Part shown: in pieces, positions 63,046 through 64,000 of the stretch | How positions within the stretch are numbered: position 1 is the first letter of the stretch | Layout: each line of letters opens with the position of its first letter | Assembly (NCBI GenBank): GCA_030390025.1 | Contig: CM059433.1 | Location: 31,250,001-31,314,000, forward strand | DNA length: 64,000 nucleotides | From: Squalus acanthias | Lineage: Eukaryota | Reading direction: 5' to 3' | Translations under genes and position numbers: made by a program | Notes under the pieces: model-generated | What the model saw: the letters and a program-made list of their open reading frames with translations, nothing else | Database searches by the model: none | Told to the model about the DNA's origin: nothing

Positions 63046-63529
63046 ACGGGGTTACTTAATTCTTCTGGTTAACAGACAAGTTTATATTCGTGAGGGTTTG
63101 CTACAGGCAGCAGAAAGAGGTGATCTTCAACCCAACTCCTGGAGGTCAAAGAACGATGTTCTAATTCATTTCCACCCAAAATAAGATTGTTTTAAAGCCT
63201 CAAACACAAAATTCACACAGAAAGAAAAGAAAAAGACTTGCATTTTATACAGCGCCTTTCATAACCTCAGAATGTTGCAAAGCGCTTTACAGCCAAGTGC
63301 TTTTGAAGTGTAGTCACCGTCGAAACGCGGCAGCAAATTTGATCCCAGTAAGGTCCCACAAACAGGAATTTAATGAGCGCCAGGTAACCTGTTTTAGTGA
63401 TGTTGGTTGAGGGCTGAGTATTGGCCAGGACACTGGGGTGAACTCCTCTGCTCCTCTAATGATCAATGTGTCACTTTGTTGGTGAAGCCGCTAACATCCT
63501 CAGCGCACATAAATTTTTAGTAAGAAAGA

Positions 63530-63985
63530 AAGAATTGCATTTATCTCATGCCTTTCATGACTTCCCAAAGCACTTTACAACCAAAGTATTCTTTGTGAAG
63601 TGTACTCACTGTTGTAATGTAGGAAATGCGTCAGCCAATTTGTGCACAGCAAGGCCCCTTAAACAGCAATGTGATAATGACCAGGTAATCTGTTTTTTAG
63701 TGATGTTGATTGAGGGATAAATATTGGCCAGGACACCTGGGAGAACTCCCCTGCTCTTTTTCGAAATTGTGCCATGGGATCTTCTACGTCCCGCCTGAGA
63801 GGACAGACGGGGCCTTGTTTTAACATCTCATCCGAAAGTCGGCACCTCCAACAGTCCAGCACTCCCTCAGCACTGCATTGTGAGTGTCAGACTAGATTAT
63901 GGGCTCAAATCTCTGGAGTGGGGCTTGAACCCACAACCTTCTGACTGAGGGGTGAGAGTGCTACCAACTGAGCCACAACTGACAC
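63530..63985 (-). mobile_element. Deu-domain SINE copy (plus a partial copy at ~63230-63460)
   Basis: Reverse complement of 7125-7542 including the tRNA-like head AGTTGTGGCTCAGTTGGTAGCAC...GGGTTCAAGCCCC. Confidence 0.8.
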
Positions 63986-64000
63986 TTGGGTCAGAATTGT

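Noticed and set aside
63900..63985. tRNA gene
   Set aside because: tRNA-derived SINE head continuous with the Deu domain

Overview
Eukaryotic, repeat-dominated vertebrate DNA. The repeat repertoire (CR1 LINEs, Deu-domain SINEs, Penelope-like elements, Harbinger elements) suggests a cartilaginous fish; this is inference. I recognise no host protein-coding exon, so the window is probably intergenic or a large intron. Main contents: (1) A 3.6-kb satellite of 20-bp TCTA-derived units with a 1708-bp higher-order duplication. (2) A PIF/Harbinger transposon (~11.7-15.5 kb) with an intact DDE transposase ORF and a convergent 3-exon Myb/SANT partner gene carrying one nonsense codon and one frameshift; no left TIR is visible. 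(3) Two Myb-only Harbinger derivatives whose transposase is collapsed to its N- and C-terminal tips. (4) At least eight Harbinger-type MITEs, several with perfect 3-bp TSDs, falling into families with different subterminal motifs. (5) A short-LTR Gypsy element (tRNA-Ser PBS, 5-bp TSD, integrase core deleted) interrupted by two MITEs, and a second very old Gypsy pol relic split by a young CR1. (6) Many CR1 copies, one near full length. (7) Penelope-like elements whose pseudo-LTRs carry minimal hammerhead-ribozyme motifs, one hit by a MITE at the predicted cleavage triplet. The strongest system-level candidate is the split two-component Harbinger set: a transposase-intact element, Myb-only elements and motif-matched MITEs. 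Everything was read by eye; no searches or alignments were run.
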